A stretch of DNA of 64,000 nucleotides from Planctomycetota bacterium. GTDB lineage: Bacteria; Planctomycetota; B15-G4. Of this stretch, positions 9,415-19,715 are shown one piece after another. A model generated the notes under the pieces. That model was given only the letters and a program-made list of their open reading frames with translations. It was not told the origin of the DNA and did no database searches. Within the stretch, counting starts at the first letter, position 1. Each line of letters starts with the position of its first letter. The position numbers and the translations under genes are program-made. Location: NCBI GenBank assembly GCA_038212275.1, contig JBBQUR010000002.1, positions 160,001-224,000 on the forward strand, in the 5' to 3' direction.

Positions 9415-10472
9415 CGCGCGAACTCCTTGCGAAGCTCCGCACCGAAGGCGTCGACGTCGCCGATCGCGACGCATTCCACCGGCGTCCCGGCGTGCTCCAC
9501 GCGCAGCTCCAGCGTGTTCCAGAGCGGCTCGACCTCGGGCGGAGCTCCCTGCAGGGCAGGAGCCTGCAGCACGCCGCCAGGCACCGGGCTCGGCACGATC
9601 TTCACGCCGCCGTTCGACGGGCCGGCAACCAGCCTCGCGCCCTGCGCCCCGCCATCGCGCGCGGTCAGCAGCAGCACCTCCGCGGGGTGCAGCCGGCGCA
9701 GCAGGCCCTCGCCCCCGCGTCCGAGCGCACCGTTGCCGGGCACGGACTGCGCGACGAAGGCCACGGCGAGCCCCTCGCGCCACGCGTCGCGCGGCACGTC
9801 GCGCAGTGCGGCGAGCAGCGCATGCGCCGCGGCGCGCCGGCCCAGCTCGGGGCCCGCGACGCGATCGCCGAACGCGACGATCTCGCGCGACACCACCGGG
9901 TCGAGCAGCGCGATGCCGAGATCGTCCACGTCCGCGGCATTGTCCGCGCCGACGTCCAGCCAGAGGTCGGCCTCGTCGAAGCTGGCGGGCCGAGCATTTT
10001 TCAGATGGATCGAGTTCACCTGCACCACGCCGACCACGCCCGATTGGCCCGCCGACAACCCTGCGCGCGGCAGCACCAGCGCCGGACGGCCTTCATGACT
10101 GAGGTGATACGCCGCGTTGGCCGTGCGCCCGAGGAAGCGCAGCCGCAGGTAGCCGTCGTCGCGGATCTGGCCGACCACGTAGCCGGGTTCGTCGACACCG
10201 ACGGCGATCACGCGCGAGCAGGGCCCGTGGGAGTCGGCAGCGCGCACGATGAGGCTGCCGAAGGCATCGCGCTCGACGCGCACATCCTCAGGCAGCAGTG
10301 GAAGCAGCGCCTCGAGCAGCCAGCCCTCGCTGCCCGACAGCGCCGCAGGCTGCGCGAAGTCCCGCAGCGCCGGCAGCGCAGGCAGCGCAGGCAGCGCAGG
10401 CAGCGCGGGAGCGGGCGCGGGCGCCAGCGATCCCACGAACAGCGACCACTGCATCAGCTGCGTCAGCACCAT
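9411..10472 (-). CDS. M42 peptidase-like protein lacking catalytic metal ligands
   Basis: VDEPGYVVGQIRDDGYLR, LWLDVGA, LGIALLDPV match the M42 scaffold. His/Asp/Glu ligands are substituted. Confidence 0.75.
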   Translation of the reverse strand: MVLTQLMQWSLFVGSLAPAPAPALPALPALPALPALRDFAQPAALSGSEGWLLEALLPLLPEDVRVERDAFGSLIVRAADSHGPCSRVIAVGVDEPGYVVGQIRDDGYLRLRFLGRTANAAYHLSHEGRPALVLPRAGLSAGQSGVVGVVQVNSIHLKNARPASFDEADLWLDVGADNAADVDDLGIALLDPVVSREIVAFGDRVAGPELGRRAAAHALLAALRDVPRDAWREGLAVAFVAQSVPGNGALGRGGEGLLRRLHPAEVLLLTARDGGAQGARLVAGPSNGGVKIVPSPVPGGVLQAPALQGAPPEVEPLWNTLELRVEHAGTPVECVAIGDVDAFGAELRKEFAR

Positions 10473-10655
10473 GCGCCCTCCCGTCGGCCGGCGGACGCAA
10501 GGCGATGCGGTCGCGCGGCGAAGTGCGGCGCAGTGTAGTCATCCGGTCGCGGGACGATGCGGGCCGACAACAAGATGCGGGCCGGGGTCGCCGTTCCGTG
10601 GCGACTCCGGCCCGCGTGGTTCCCCAAGGTAGCGGCCCTCGTCGGGCCAGGGGGT

Positions 10656-13600
10656 TCAGGAGTCCACCACCTCGCCGTCGATCACGGCGGGTGCGTCGGT
10701 GATGTAGGGCTTCGGACCGATGGCGGGCGCGGTGTAGGCGCTGAGGTCGGGCAGCGGCAGCGTGGCCACGGGGCCCACGGTCTGGCTGTTGCAACCGCCG
10801 GGGCCGGAGAGCTGCAGCGACTGCTCGACGTCGAGCGCCTTGATCACGTACTCGGTCCCGGTCGGTCCGCAGAGCGCGCCGTCCGCGATGCTGAACACCG
10901 GGAGGTAGCGGTCCGGGTTGCCGTCGCCATCCAGGTCGACGGGCTGGCCGGGGATGCCGTGCATGTCGCCTGGCCCGTTGTATTCCAGCAGGAACTTCTT
11001 GCCGGCCCAGGTGCCGTCGCCGTTGCGATCGTTCTCCAGGCTGTGCGTGTAGGTGAACTGCAGCGGCGGATCGAAGAAGACGGACTGGCCTTCGGCGTCC
11101 ACGAGGCTCTGATACTTGTTCCAGCTGTTGTGGCCGGTCTCGTAGCTGAAGAAGACCTCCTGGTTGAAGGCCTCGTAGGTGTTCATCAGGCCTTCCGTGC
11201 TGGTGAGCATCGGGCCGGAATTCATGCCCCACGTGAACGGACCGCCGCTCGGCGCCTCGCCCTCCGCGAGACCGACCGGCACGAGGTTCTCGCCGGAGCC
11301 GTCCGCGTCAAAGTAGAGCGTGAGGTCCGACTTCCTGAACACGAATCGGTGCGGCATGGCGACATCGTTCGCGGGATCGAGGAAGACCTGCCCGAGCGTG
11401 GCTTCCTCGCCCGAGATGCCGGCCTTGAGGCAGTTCTGGAAGCCGAGCAGCGTGACGTCGTCGGAGCCTTCAAAGAACGCGTCGGAGCCGCTGACGAACT
11501 GGCGCGTGAAGTACGTGAGCGACTCCTCGCCGTTCACGTAGGACACCTGGCCGCCGAGGCTCTCGCTGTACATCTGCAGGAAGTTGCCCTTGGCCTCGAT
11601 GTCGATGGCCTCCGGCGTCTCCAGCGGCGAGAACTGGCCGCTCGAGTTGTCGAAGCTCGCGACCTTGCGGAACTCGCCCGACTCGTGGTCGTAGGTCACG
11701 CGGTATTGCGCGGGCATCTGGCCGCCGCCTTGCGGCTCGCCGCCACCACCCGGCGGATCACCGCCACCCGGAGGCGGGTCGCCACCACCACCTTCGCCGG
11801 GAGGCGGATCGCCGCCGCCCTCGCCCGGGGGCGGCGCGAAGGCCGGGAAGTCCCACCACGTGAATTCCGCGCCGTCGGCGTCTTCCAGCGCGAGCTGCTG
11901 ACGCGTGTTGCGGATGAGCTTGCCCGGAGCCGAGAGCACCGTGTACGGCGTGGCCGGCCCGCCGCCGAAGACCGACTTGGTGACGACGTCGCCGTTGTCG
12001 ATGGTGACGTCCGGCGGCGCCCACATGCCGTAGTAGCCGATCCAGCCGTACTGGCCGCTCGCGGTCTTGAAGCCGAAACCGCCGTTGCGTGCGACCCGCG
12101 CGCCGAGGTTCTCGCCCTGCGCCTCGTACAGGCCGTAGCGGAAGACGCTCTCGTCGAAATCCGTGCGCGACAGGCACACCGGCTCGTCGCTGTCCTTCTG
12201 GCGCAGCACCGTCTGGTCGTTGAAGGCCAGCAGGTATTCCTCGGTCTGCACGCCGGTGTCGCCCTGCTCGCCCTCGTTGCTGCGCGACTGGCGGCGGATG
12301 CGCGCGACGCCCTGCGACTGGTCGTCGAACATGTTCACGTTGGCCTGCGTGACCTGCGCGTGCTCGCCGGGGAGGAAGACCGGCTTGTTCAGGTCGCCTT
12401 CCGTCTCGAAGAAGCTGAAGCCGATGAAGCCCTCGAGCACGTCGAGCGTGCGCAGGTTGCCGAAGCTCGTGGCGTCCTTCAGCTCGCCACCCACCGGCAC
12501 CTCCGCGAAGTTCAGGTTGAAGGCGCCGAAGGGGTCGTTGTCCGAGATGCCCCTGGTGACGTCCATGAGCACGCGGATGTTGCCGGGCGTGCCGACGCTG
12601 CCTTCGCCGCCGCCGTCATCGCCCTCGCTCGGCACCCAGAACTTCACGGTCTGGCTGCCGTCTTCGGTCGGGCGCGTGCTCTTCACCACCCAGAGCGCAG
12701 GCGCCGCGGCGTTGCCGCCCGACGACTGTCCGGTGCTGCTGCCCGAGGAGCTGTTGTCGTCGCCGGCTTCGCAGAGACTCTCGTCGATCTGCGCGACGTA
12801 GGTGCCGGCGTTGACCATCTGGTCGTAGGCCGTGTGCGAGAGCAGGCACAGGATCATGTTCACCGTGCCGAGCGTCTTCATCGACGGGTCGTAGACGAAG
12901 TGGTGCTGCGGGTCCGTGTTGAAGTCGGAGAGCAGCGGGAAGTCATTGCCGCCCAGCAGGAAGGAGCCGCCGCCGAGGAAGCCGCTGCCGCCGCCTCCAC
13001 CGCCGCCCGGCGCGCCGTCCGCGGTGACCACCGACATCTGCTCCGGCGCCTGCAGCCCGGGGACGTCCGCGAAGTGCTCCGGGTCGAGCACCGTGATCTG
13101 CACGCCCAGGTCGTCCAGCGTCGCGACGAGGTCCTCGAGCTTGGCCTCGCCCTTGTCCAGCTTGGCCTGCAGCTTGAGCAGCTTCTTCTGCCACTTGGCG
13201 AGAAGCTTGGCCTTCGCCTTGATCTCCTTCTCCGTGGACTCGGGCAGGTCGCCGGCCGCATCGAGCGCCAGCTGCGCGGCGGCCAGGTCGTCCGCGAGGT
13301 TGGCCTGCTTGGTCTCCAGCTTCTCAGCCTTCGACTGCGTCTTGGCCAGCTTCTTGTCCAGCTTGTTCACCTGCTTCTGCTCGTCGGGCGTCAGCTCGGC
13401 CTGAGGGCGTGGTGCGCGGACGGCGCGCTCCGGCACGGCCTGCAGAGCGGTGACGACGGGCTCGCGCAGGGCGCCGAGGTCCCGTGCCTGCGGCGCAGCC
13501 GGCGCGCGCAGCTCGGTGTCACGCGCCACGATTTCGCGCAGCAGCACGTCGCGCCCGTCGGCAGCCAGCGCAACCGGACTCCCGGCCGTGTGCAGCAACC

Positions 13601-13667
13601 ACGGCGCCACGACGGCTCCCGTCAGCAGCGTGAGGCCCGTCAGTCCGAGCAGGGTCTTGTGCAGCAT
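10656..13667 (-). CDS. Large exported hypothetical protein (about 1000 aa) with a coiled coil and Gly/Pro-rich linkers
   Basis: Strong codon bias. Hydrophobic N-terminus after MLHKT, Lys-rich heptad region, acidic beta-rich body, DLDGDGNPD. GGAG upstream. Confidence 0.8.
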   Translation of the reverse strand: MLHKTLLGLTGLTLLTGAVVAPWLLHTAGSPVALAADGRDVLLREIVARDTELRAPAAPQARDLGALREPVVTALQAVPERAVRAPRPQAELTPDEQKQVNKLDKKLAKTQSKAEKLETKQANLADDLAAAQLALDAAGDLPESTEKEIKAKAKLLAKWQKKLLKLQAKLDKGEAKLEDLVATLDDLGVQITVLDPEHFADVPGLQAPEQMSVVTADGAPGGGGGGGSGFLGGGSFLLGGNDFPLLSDFNTDPQHHFVYDPSMKTLGTVNMILCLLSHTAYDQMVNAGTYVAQIDESLCEAGDDNSSSGSSTGQSSGGNAAAPALWVVKSTRPTEDGSQTVKFWVPSEGDDGGGEGSVGTPGNIRVLMDVTRGISDNDPFGAFNLNFAEVPVGGELKDATSFGNLRTLDVLEGFIGFSFFETEGDLNKPVFLPGEHAQVTQANVNMFDDQSQGVARIRRQSRSNEGEQGDTGVQTEEYLLAFNDQTVLRQKDSDEPVCLSRTDFDESVFRYGLYEAQGENLGARVARNGGFGFKTASGQYGWIGYYGMWAPPDVTIDNGDVVTKSVFGGGPATPYTVLSAPGKLIRNTRQQLALEDADGAEFTWWDFPAFAPPPGEGGGDPPPGEGGGGDPPPGGGDPPGGGGEPQGGGQMPAQYRVTYDHESGEFRKVASFDNSSGQFSPLETPEAIDIEAKGNFLQMYSESLGGQVSYVNGEESLTYFTRQFVSGSDAFFEGSDDVTLLGFQNCLKAGISGEEATLGQVFLDPANDVAMPHRFVFRKSDLTLYFDADGSGENLVPVGLAEGEAPSGGPFTWGMNSGPMLTSTEGLMNTYEAFNQEVFFSYETGHNSWNKYQSLVDAEGQSVFFDPPLQFTYTHSLENDRNGDGTWAGKKFLLEYNGPGDMHGIPGQPVDLDGDGNPDRYLPVFSIADGALCGPTGTEYVIKALDVEQSLQLSGPGGCNSQTVGPVATLPLPDLSAYTAPAIGPKPYITDAPAVIDGEVVDS

Positions 13668-13693
13668 GTCGTCGGTGCTCCGCGGCGAGCGCG

Positions 13694-13708
13694 GCAGGTC
13701 CCGCGCCA
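13694..13708 (-). promoter_or_regulatory. Possible sigma54 (-24/-12) promoter
   Basis: TGGCGCG-GGAC-CTGC on the minus strand with correct GG-N10-GC spacing, 27 nt upstream of start 13667. Two mismatches to consensus. Confidence 0.35.
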
Positions 13709-14042
13709 CAGGTTCATGCCGTGGGGCCCTCCCGCTTCCGGGTACCCGGAGCCCCACGATCCAGGGCCGACATATCGGCCGGCGTCGATGTGGGCTTGAG
13801 AGTGAGGTCGGATCGGGCGGCCGGCGCGCCCTCAGCGCAGCCGCTCGGAGGCGTCGCCGTCGATCACGACCCGCCTCCTGCAGGCGCAGCAGCCGCGGAG
13901 CGCGAGCAAGCGCCGCTCGCCACGCCCTTGACGCGGGGCGCCCCCTGTAACGCCAGCCCGGCGTTCCGGCTCAGCAGGTGACGGGCCTGACTCTGGCCCG
14001 ACGACCCGCCTCCCCCGACGACCCGCCTCCGAGGAGCCCGCC

Positions 14043-15749
14043 ATGTTCCGACCCGATCCACGCCACGCGACACTCCTTCTGCTGGCCGCCCTCGGCGCCG
14101 GCTCGGCGACGTCTGCGCAGAACACGACGCGCGTCAGCGTGACGGCCGCGGGCGCCCAGGTGATCGGACATTCCGAGGCGCCCGACCTCTCGCACACCGG
14201 CCGCTTCGTGACCTTCTACAGCCAGGCGCCCGGCCTCGTGCCCGTGGACGTCACGGCCGAGGAGGACGTCTTCGTCGTGGACCGCTACAAGGGCACGATC
14301 GAGCGCGCGAGCGTCAGCACCGCGGGCGTGGAGGGCAACAGCGACTCGCGCGAACCCACCATCTCCGCCGACGGCCGCCTGGTGGCCTTCCTCAGCTTCG
14401 CGACCAACCTCGATCCGCTCGACCAGGGCATCGCGAGCGACATCTACCTGCGCAACCGCGTGACCGGCACCACGTCGCTCGTGACCGTGACGAGCGCGGG
14501 CGCGCACCCCGACTTCGGCGCCTCGCTGCATCCGGAGATCTCCGCCAACGGCCGCTTCGTGGTGTTCGACAGTGCGGCCAAGTTCGTGGTCGAGGACAAC
14601 GGCGCCGTCGATGACGTCTACCTGCGCGACCTGCTCCTTGGCACGACGATCCGCGTGAACCTGCGGCCCGACGGCGGTCCCTCGAACTCCGCCGGCATCC
14701 GCCCGGGCATCTCGGGCGACGGCCGCTTCATCTGCTACGAGAGCACGGACCCGATGCTCGTCCCGGGCGACACCAACTCGACGGCCGACGTCTTCGTGCG
14801 CGACATGCTCGGGCCCGGAGTCCTGACCGTGCGTGCCAGCGTGGCCTTCGACGGCAGTCAGGGCAACGACACCTCGGACGACGCCACGATCTCGGACGAC
14901 GGCACGGCCGTCGCCTTCGTGAGCAGGGCGACGAACCTGGTGCCGGGCGACACCAACGGCGCGCGCGACATCTTCGTGCGCGACTTCGCGGCCGGCACGA
15001 CGACGCGCGTGAGCGTCAGCACGGCGGGCGTCGCGGGCAACGGCAACAGCCTCGAGCCGGAGATCTCGGCCGACGGTCGCTACGTCAGCTTCCGCAGCCT
15101 CGCCACAAACCTGGTGACGGGTGACACCAACGGCCAGATCGACGACTTCCTGCACGACCGGGTCACGGGGATCACGACACGCATCAGCATCTCCACGGCG
15201 GGCGTGCAGTCCGACAAGTCCAGCAGTCTGTCGGCGATCTCGGGCGACGGGCGCTACGCGGCCTTCGACTCCAACGGCACAAACCTCGTCGCGGGCGACA
15301 CCAACGGCAGCAACGACATCTTCCTGCGCAACCTCTTCGGCTGCCCCGGCGCGGGCAGCGCGAGCGGCTACGGCGCGGGCCTCGCCGGCGCCGGCGGCTT
15401 CACGCCGGCGATCGGCGCCGAAGGCTGCCCGCTCCCGGGCGCGCTCATCTCCTTGCGCGTCGAGGACGTCGTCGGCGGCGCCCCGGGCGCGCTCTTCATC
15501 GGCGCCTCGAGCGTGGCACTTCCCTTCAAGGGTGGCACGCTGCACGTGGGTTCGCTGATCCCGCTGCTGAACATCTTCGTGGGCGGAACGCCCGGCACGC
15601 CCGGCGCAGGCTCGCTGGAACTGGGCCTGCCCCTTCCCGCGGATCCGCTCCTGTCGGGACTCACCTTCTTCATGCAGGCAGGCTTCGCGGACAGTGCAGC
15701 GCCCGCCCACGTCTCGCTCACGCGGGGCCTGGCCATCACCGTGGGCTGA
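14043..15749 (+). CDS. Secreted PD40/TolB-like beta-propeller repeat protein with the shared C-terminal domain
   Basis: Signal peptide (…ATSA-Q). Repeated ISADGRxVxF and NLVPGDTNxxxDIF units. GAGGAG RBS. Confidence 0.9.
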   Translation: MFRPDPRHATLLLLAALGAGSATSAQNTTRVSVTAAGAQVIGHSEAPDLSHTGRFVTFYSQAPGLVPVDVTAEEDVFVVDRYKGTIERASVSTAGVEGNSDSREPTISADGRLVAFLSFATNLDPLDQGIASDIYLRNRVTGTTSLVTVTSAGAHPDFGASLHPEISANGRFVVFDSAAKFVVEDNGAVDDVYLRDLLLGTTIRVNLRPDGGPSNSAGIRPGISGDGRFICYESTDPMLVPGDTNSTADVFVRDMLGPGVLTVRASVAFDGSQGNDTSDDATISDDGTAVAFVSRATNLVPGDTNGARDIFVRDFAAGTTTRVSVSTAGVAGNGNSLEPEISADGRYVSFRSLATNLVTGDTNGQIDDFLHDRVTGITTRISISTAGVQSDKSSSLSAISGDGRYAAFDSNGTNLVAGDTNGSNDIFLRNLFGCPGAGSASGYGAGLAGAGGFTPAIGAEGCPLPGALISLRVEDVVGGAPGALFIGASSVALPFKGGTLHVGSLIPLLNIFVGGTPGTPGAGSLELGLPLPADPLLSGLTFFMQAGFADSAAPAHVSLTRGLAITVG

Positions 15750-15781
15750 GAGACCCGGTTGTCGCGCCCATCCACGGTGAC

Positions 15782-16041
15782 GGCGTGACGGGGGCCGCGA
15801 CCCTGCTGCCCGGCGCTGACGGTTCGGTCCTGCATGTCCGGGAAGGAGCGCACGAGACGGGAGAGCATCCCGACTGGGGGACATTCCCGGGTACGGATTC
15901 GAATGCGGTGCTTGTGTCGCCGGCATCGGCGACGTGAACCAGGATGGCTACGCCGACATGATCGTCGGGGACGATCGCTACTGGTCGACCGGATTGCCGT
16001 ACGCCGCTCGAGTGGTCGTTCTCGCAGGTGGAAAGTCTTGA
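15782..16041 (+). pseudogene. Degenerate FG-GAP repeat gene fragment
   Basis: GAATLLPGADGSVLHV in one frame, then GACVAGIGDVNQDGYADMIVGD…ARVVVLAG* in another. No start context. Confidence 0.6.
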
Positions 16042-16087
16042 GGCGAGCGCACGGTGCGGCATGCACGCCGCGCCGGGCGTCCTCCGC

Positions 16088-16435
16088 TCACGACTGCGCG
16101 GGAGGCGCCGGCGGCGGGACCGCTGGCGCGGACGGCACCGCGGGTGCCGACGGCTCCGGAGCCTCCGGCGACTTCTTCCACGCCGAGTGCTTCGGGCCCG
16201 AAGGGCGGCTGCGGCTCGTAGAAGAACACGCCGATGCCGGCGTTGAGCGGGCCGATGCCGGCCGACACGCCGAGCAGGCCGATCTCCACCTGCGCGATCT
16301 TCCACAGGTCGATCATGAGGATTGAGCCGGGACTGCGGCCGTTCAACAGCTTGATCTCGAGCAGCGAGTCCTGGTCGGACCAGCCGCAGGTCGCGTAGCC
16401 GCTGATGAAGGCGTCCGAGCTCACGCCGCCGTGTG
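16088..16435 (-). pseudogene. 5'-truncated, probably frameshifted fragment of an unknown protein gene
   Basis: Coding-like GVSSDAFISGYATCGW…GIGVFFYEPQPP. A Pro-rich tail (PEAPEPSAPAVP…AQS*) continues in another frame after about 16200. Confidence 0.4.
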
Positions 16436-16616
16436 GAGCCGTCTCCTGATCGCGCCGCCTGGGACGGGCAGTCACGCCCAGCCGCTTTTCCGGATCCTCA
16501 CAGGAGCGCCTGTTCCCTCCGGCCGTTCCCACGCCGGCCTTTCCCACGCAACGCGCGGTCTCGCTCGCAACCCGGCGTTTTCCATCGGTCACCGCCTCCC
16601 ACAAGGACGTCACGCC

Positions 16617-19517
16617 ATGTCATCGCGCCCATCGATGCTCCTCAGTGTTGTCGCCAGCCTGCTTGTCCTTCCCGCATCCCTGCTTTCGGCGCAGTCCACG
16701 CTGCTGAACTTCGAAGGCGCCTACCACGGCGCGGAGTTCGGGACGGTCGTCGCCTACGGGGCGGATTACGACGGCGACGGCAAGGGGGACCTGCTCGTGG
16801 GCTGTCCGGAGGACGACACCAACGGCGAGGACGCCGGCGCGGTCTACCTGTGCTCCGGCGTGGACGGGTCGCTGATCCGCTCGCACTTCGGGTCGGCGGC
16901 AGGGGACCGGTTCGGGACCGCCGTGGTGGTCACATACGACGCGGATGGCGACGGATGGAGCGAGTACGGGGTCGGCGCGCCGTTCGCCGATGTCAACGGC
17001 ACCGACTCGGGGCGCGTGCGCTTCTACTCGGCGCAGGACGGGCACCTCGTGGCCACGCTCGACGGGCCCGCGGCCGGCGACCGCTTCGGCTCGGCGCTGG
17101 CCAACGTCGGGAAATTCTACTCCTTCGACGGGGACACGACTGCCGACGTCCTCGTCGCCATCGGCGCTCCCTACGCGGACGGTCCCCTCGGAACCGACGT
17201 CGGCGCGGTCTTCTTCCGCACGCCTCTCGGCGGCACGCTGCTGCCGCCCTTCGAGCGGCGTGGTATCCAGGCCTTCGAACACTGCGGCGCGGCGCTCGAC
17301 GCAGCCGGCCACAGCCTGGTCATCGGGGCCCCGGACTACGACGCGGCCGCCGGGAGCAACGCCGGTCGCTACGAGGTCTGGGACGTGTACACCCAGTTGT
17401 GGCTCTCGAGCGTGCCCCTCGACTACAAGTGGTCCTTCCCGGGGACGGCGCCGGGCGGCCGTCTCGGCACGTCGGTGGCAGTGGTCGAGTGGCCCGACCC
17501 GGCTGTCTTCCTGAATGCCGACGAGTACGCAGCCGGTGCGCCCTCCGCGGCCATTCCCTACGTGGACATCTCGAACCGGCACGGAGGACTGCCGCACCAC
17601 CTCGCGACGCTCACGGGCAGCGGCGGATTCGGTGCGTCGATCGCCTCGGTGCAGCCCGGCTACGTGAAGGGCTTCGTCGTCATCGGCGCGCCGGATCTGG
17701 TCGTCGGCGGCGTGCCGCGCGGACGCGCGAGCTTCTACCAGAACGGCGCCGTGCACCACGTCATCGACGGTGTCGGGGTCGGCGAACGCTTCGGCGCCGC
17801 GGTCGCGAGCGGGGTCAGCGACACGTTCGTGATCGGAGCGCCGCTGGCGGACGGGACGGTCCCCGATGCCGGACGCATCGAGGTGGAGAACATCTACTAC
17901 CACGTGTTCAGCGCCGACGCGCCGGTGGGCGACGGTGACCGCGCCGGCGGCGCGGTGGCGGGACTCGGGGACATCAACGGCGACGGCGTGCCGGACTTGC
18001 TCGTGGGCAGCCCGGACGCCGACTCATCCATCTCCTTCCCCTTCACCATCGAGCGCATCGACTGCGGTGCCGCGCGCGTGCTCTCCGGAGCGACGGGCGC
18101 CGTGTTGCGCAGCCACTTCGGCGGCCAGGACGGAGACCACCTCGGCGCGTCCGTCGCCGCGCTGGGCGACATCAACCTCGACGGCGTCACCGACTACGTG
18201 ATCGGCGCGCCCCAGAATGACAACACGACGACCACGGCGGGCTACGCGATCGCGGTCTCGGGCCTGACGGGGACGACGCTGTTCACCTTCACCGGCTTCT
18301 TCAACTCCGGGGAGTTCGGAGCGGCCGTGGGCGGCGGCAGCGACCTGAACGGCGACGGGCGGTTCGACATCCTGGTCGGCTCGCCGGGCACCTCGGCCGG
18401 CAACGTGACCGCCTACAGCGGCGTCAACGGGGCGATGCTCGGCGCGGTCAACGGCGCCACGGCGGGGGACCGCTTCGGCGCGGCCGTGGCCGGGCTCGGC
18501 GCGGACCTCGACGGCGACGGCAAGCAGGAGTACGTCGTCGGCGCGCCGGGCTTCGACTTCCTCGGCAGCGTGGACGCGGGTCGGGCCTACGTGCTGAAGA
18601 GCGTGAACAGCCTGACGACCGTCACCGTCGCCAACGGAACCGCGGCGAACGACCATACCGGCGCGGCCGTCGCGGCGGCCGGCGACATCAACAAGGACGG
18701 CGTCGCGGACTACATCGTCGGCGTTCCCGGCTACGACACCCCCTTTTCGGGGGCCGGGCGCGTGCGCGTGTTCTCGGGCGCCGCCGGCCTCTCCGTGCAA
18801 CTCGCGAGCGTCAACGGCAATGGCCTGAGCGACGCCTTCGGCACGTCGGTCGCGGGGCTGGGCGACGTGAACAACGACGGCTGGCCGGACTGGGCGGCCG
18901 GCGCCCCGGACACGAGCCTCCTCCTCTTCGGCGGCGGCGGCTACGTGAAGGTGGTGTCGGGCAAGGACCAGTCGGTGCTGTTCACGCTTGCCGGCGCCGC
19001 AGGTGACGGGCTCGGCTCGGCCATCGCCGCAGCCGGCGACGTGAACCTCGACGGCATGCGCGACATCGTCGTCGGCGCGCCGCTCAACGACGCGAAGGGC
19101 GTCCACTCCGGCTACGCGAAGGTGATCTCGCTCTCGAGCGGGCTGCCGGTCTGGACCAACCTCGGCTTCGCGCTGCCGGGCACGCTCGGCGCGCCCCAGC
19201 TCGTGGGCGCGGGTTCGCTGCTCTCGGGCTCGCCCGGCGCACTGACGCTCTCCGGCGCCAAACCCTCGTCGCCGGCGTACTTGTTCGTGGCGCTCACGAA
19301 CGCGGCCGCGCCGTTCAAGGGCGGCACGCTGGTCCCTGTCCCGCCGCTGCTCACGCTGGGCTTGCTCACCTCCGGCGCGGGTGACCTGCCGCTGGCCTGG
19401 GCGGCCTGGCCCGCGGGGCTGTCGGGGCTGGACTTGTTCTTCCAGTACGCGATCCAGGATCCGGCAGCGGTGGCGGGGGTGGCGCTGAGCAATGCGCTGA
19501 GGGCGGACGTGCCCTAG
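16617..19517 (+). CDS. Secreted FG-GAP (integrin-alpha-like) repeat protein with the shared C-terminal domain
   Basis: Signal peptide (…LSA-Q). Many FG…GDxNGDGxxD…VGAP repeats. AAGGA RBS. Confidence 0.92.
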   Translation: MSSRPSMLLSVVASLLVLPASLLSAQSTLLNFEGAYHGAEFGTVVAYGADYDGDGKGDLLVGCPEDDTNGEDAGAVYLCSGVDGSLIRSHFGSAAGDRFGTAVVVTYDADGDGWSEYGVGAPFADVNGTDSGRVRFYSAQDGHLVATLDGPAAGDRFGSALANVGKFYSFDGDTTADVLVAIGAPYADGPLGTDVGAVFFRTPLGGTLLPPFERRGIQAFEHCGAALDAAGHSLVIGAPDYDAAAGSNAGRYEVWDVYTQLWLSSVPLDYKWSFPGTAPGGRLGTSVAVVEWPDPAVFLNADEYAAGAPSAAIPYVDISNRHGGLPHHLATLTGSGGFGASIASVQPGYVKGFVVIGAPDLVVGGVPRGRASFYQNGAVHHVIDGVGVGERFGAAVASGVSDTFVIGAPLADGTVPDAGRIEVENIYYHVFSADAPVGDGDRAGGAVAGLGDINGDGVPDLLVGSPDADSSISFPFTIERIDCGAARVLSGATGAVLRSHFGGQDGDHLGASVAALGDINLDGVTDYVIGAPQNDNTTTTAGYAIAVSGLTGTTLFTFTGFFNSGEFGAAVGGGSDLNGDGRFDILVGSPGTSAGNVTAYSGVNGAMLGAVNGATAGDRFGAAVAGLGADLDGDGKQEYVVGAPGFDFLGSVDAGRAYVLKSVNSLTTVTVANGTAANDHTGAAVAAAGDINKDGVADYIVGVPGYDTPFSGAGRVRVFSGAAGLSVQLASVNGNGLSDAFGTSVAGLGDVNNDGWPDWAAGAPDTSLLLFGGGGYVKVVSGKDQSVLFTLAGAAGDGLGSAIAAAGDVNLDGMRDIVVGAPLNDAKGVHSGYAKVISLSSGLPVWTNLGFALPGTLGAPQLVGAGSLLSGSPGALTLSGAKPSSPAYLFVALTNAAAPFKGGTLVPVPPLLTLGLLTSGAGDLPLAWAAWPAGLSGLDLFFQYAIQDPAAVAGVALSNALRADVP

Positions 19518-19598
19518 GCGGACGACGGGGCTTCGGACCGGACGGTCGGCGTGAAGCCCCGGCCACGCAGACCGGGAGACGACGCCGGCCGGCCCGCC

Positions 19599-19715
19599 TC
19601 AGTGCGCCTCGACCCAGTTGTGCCCTGAGCCGATGATGACGAGCAGCGGCACGTCGAGCGCCATCGCGTTCTCCATGCACTGCTTGACCAGCGCGGTGAC
19701 GTCGGCCAGCTCGAA
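19599..19715 (-). pseudogene. polA: Isolated 3' fragment of a DNA polymerase I gene
   Basis: ELADVTALVKQCMENAMALDVPLLVIIGSGHNWVEAH* matches the PolA C-terminal pattern (MExAxxLxVPLxVxxGxGxNWxEAH). Cut off at the oriIS. Confidence 0.8.

Noticed and set aside
13928..13953. Sigma70 promoter from TTGACG upstream of the PD40 gene
   Set aside because: No acceptable -10 hexamer at 16-18 nt spacing.
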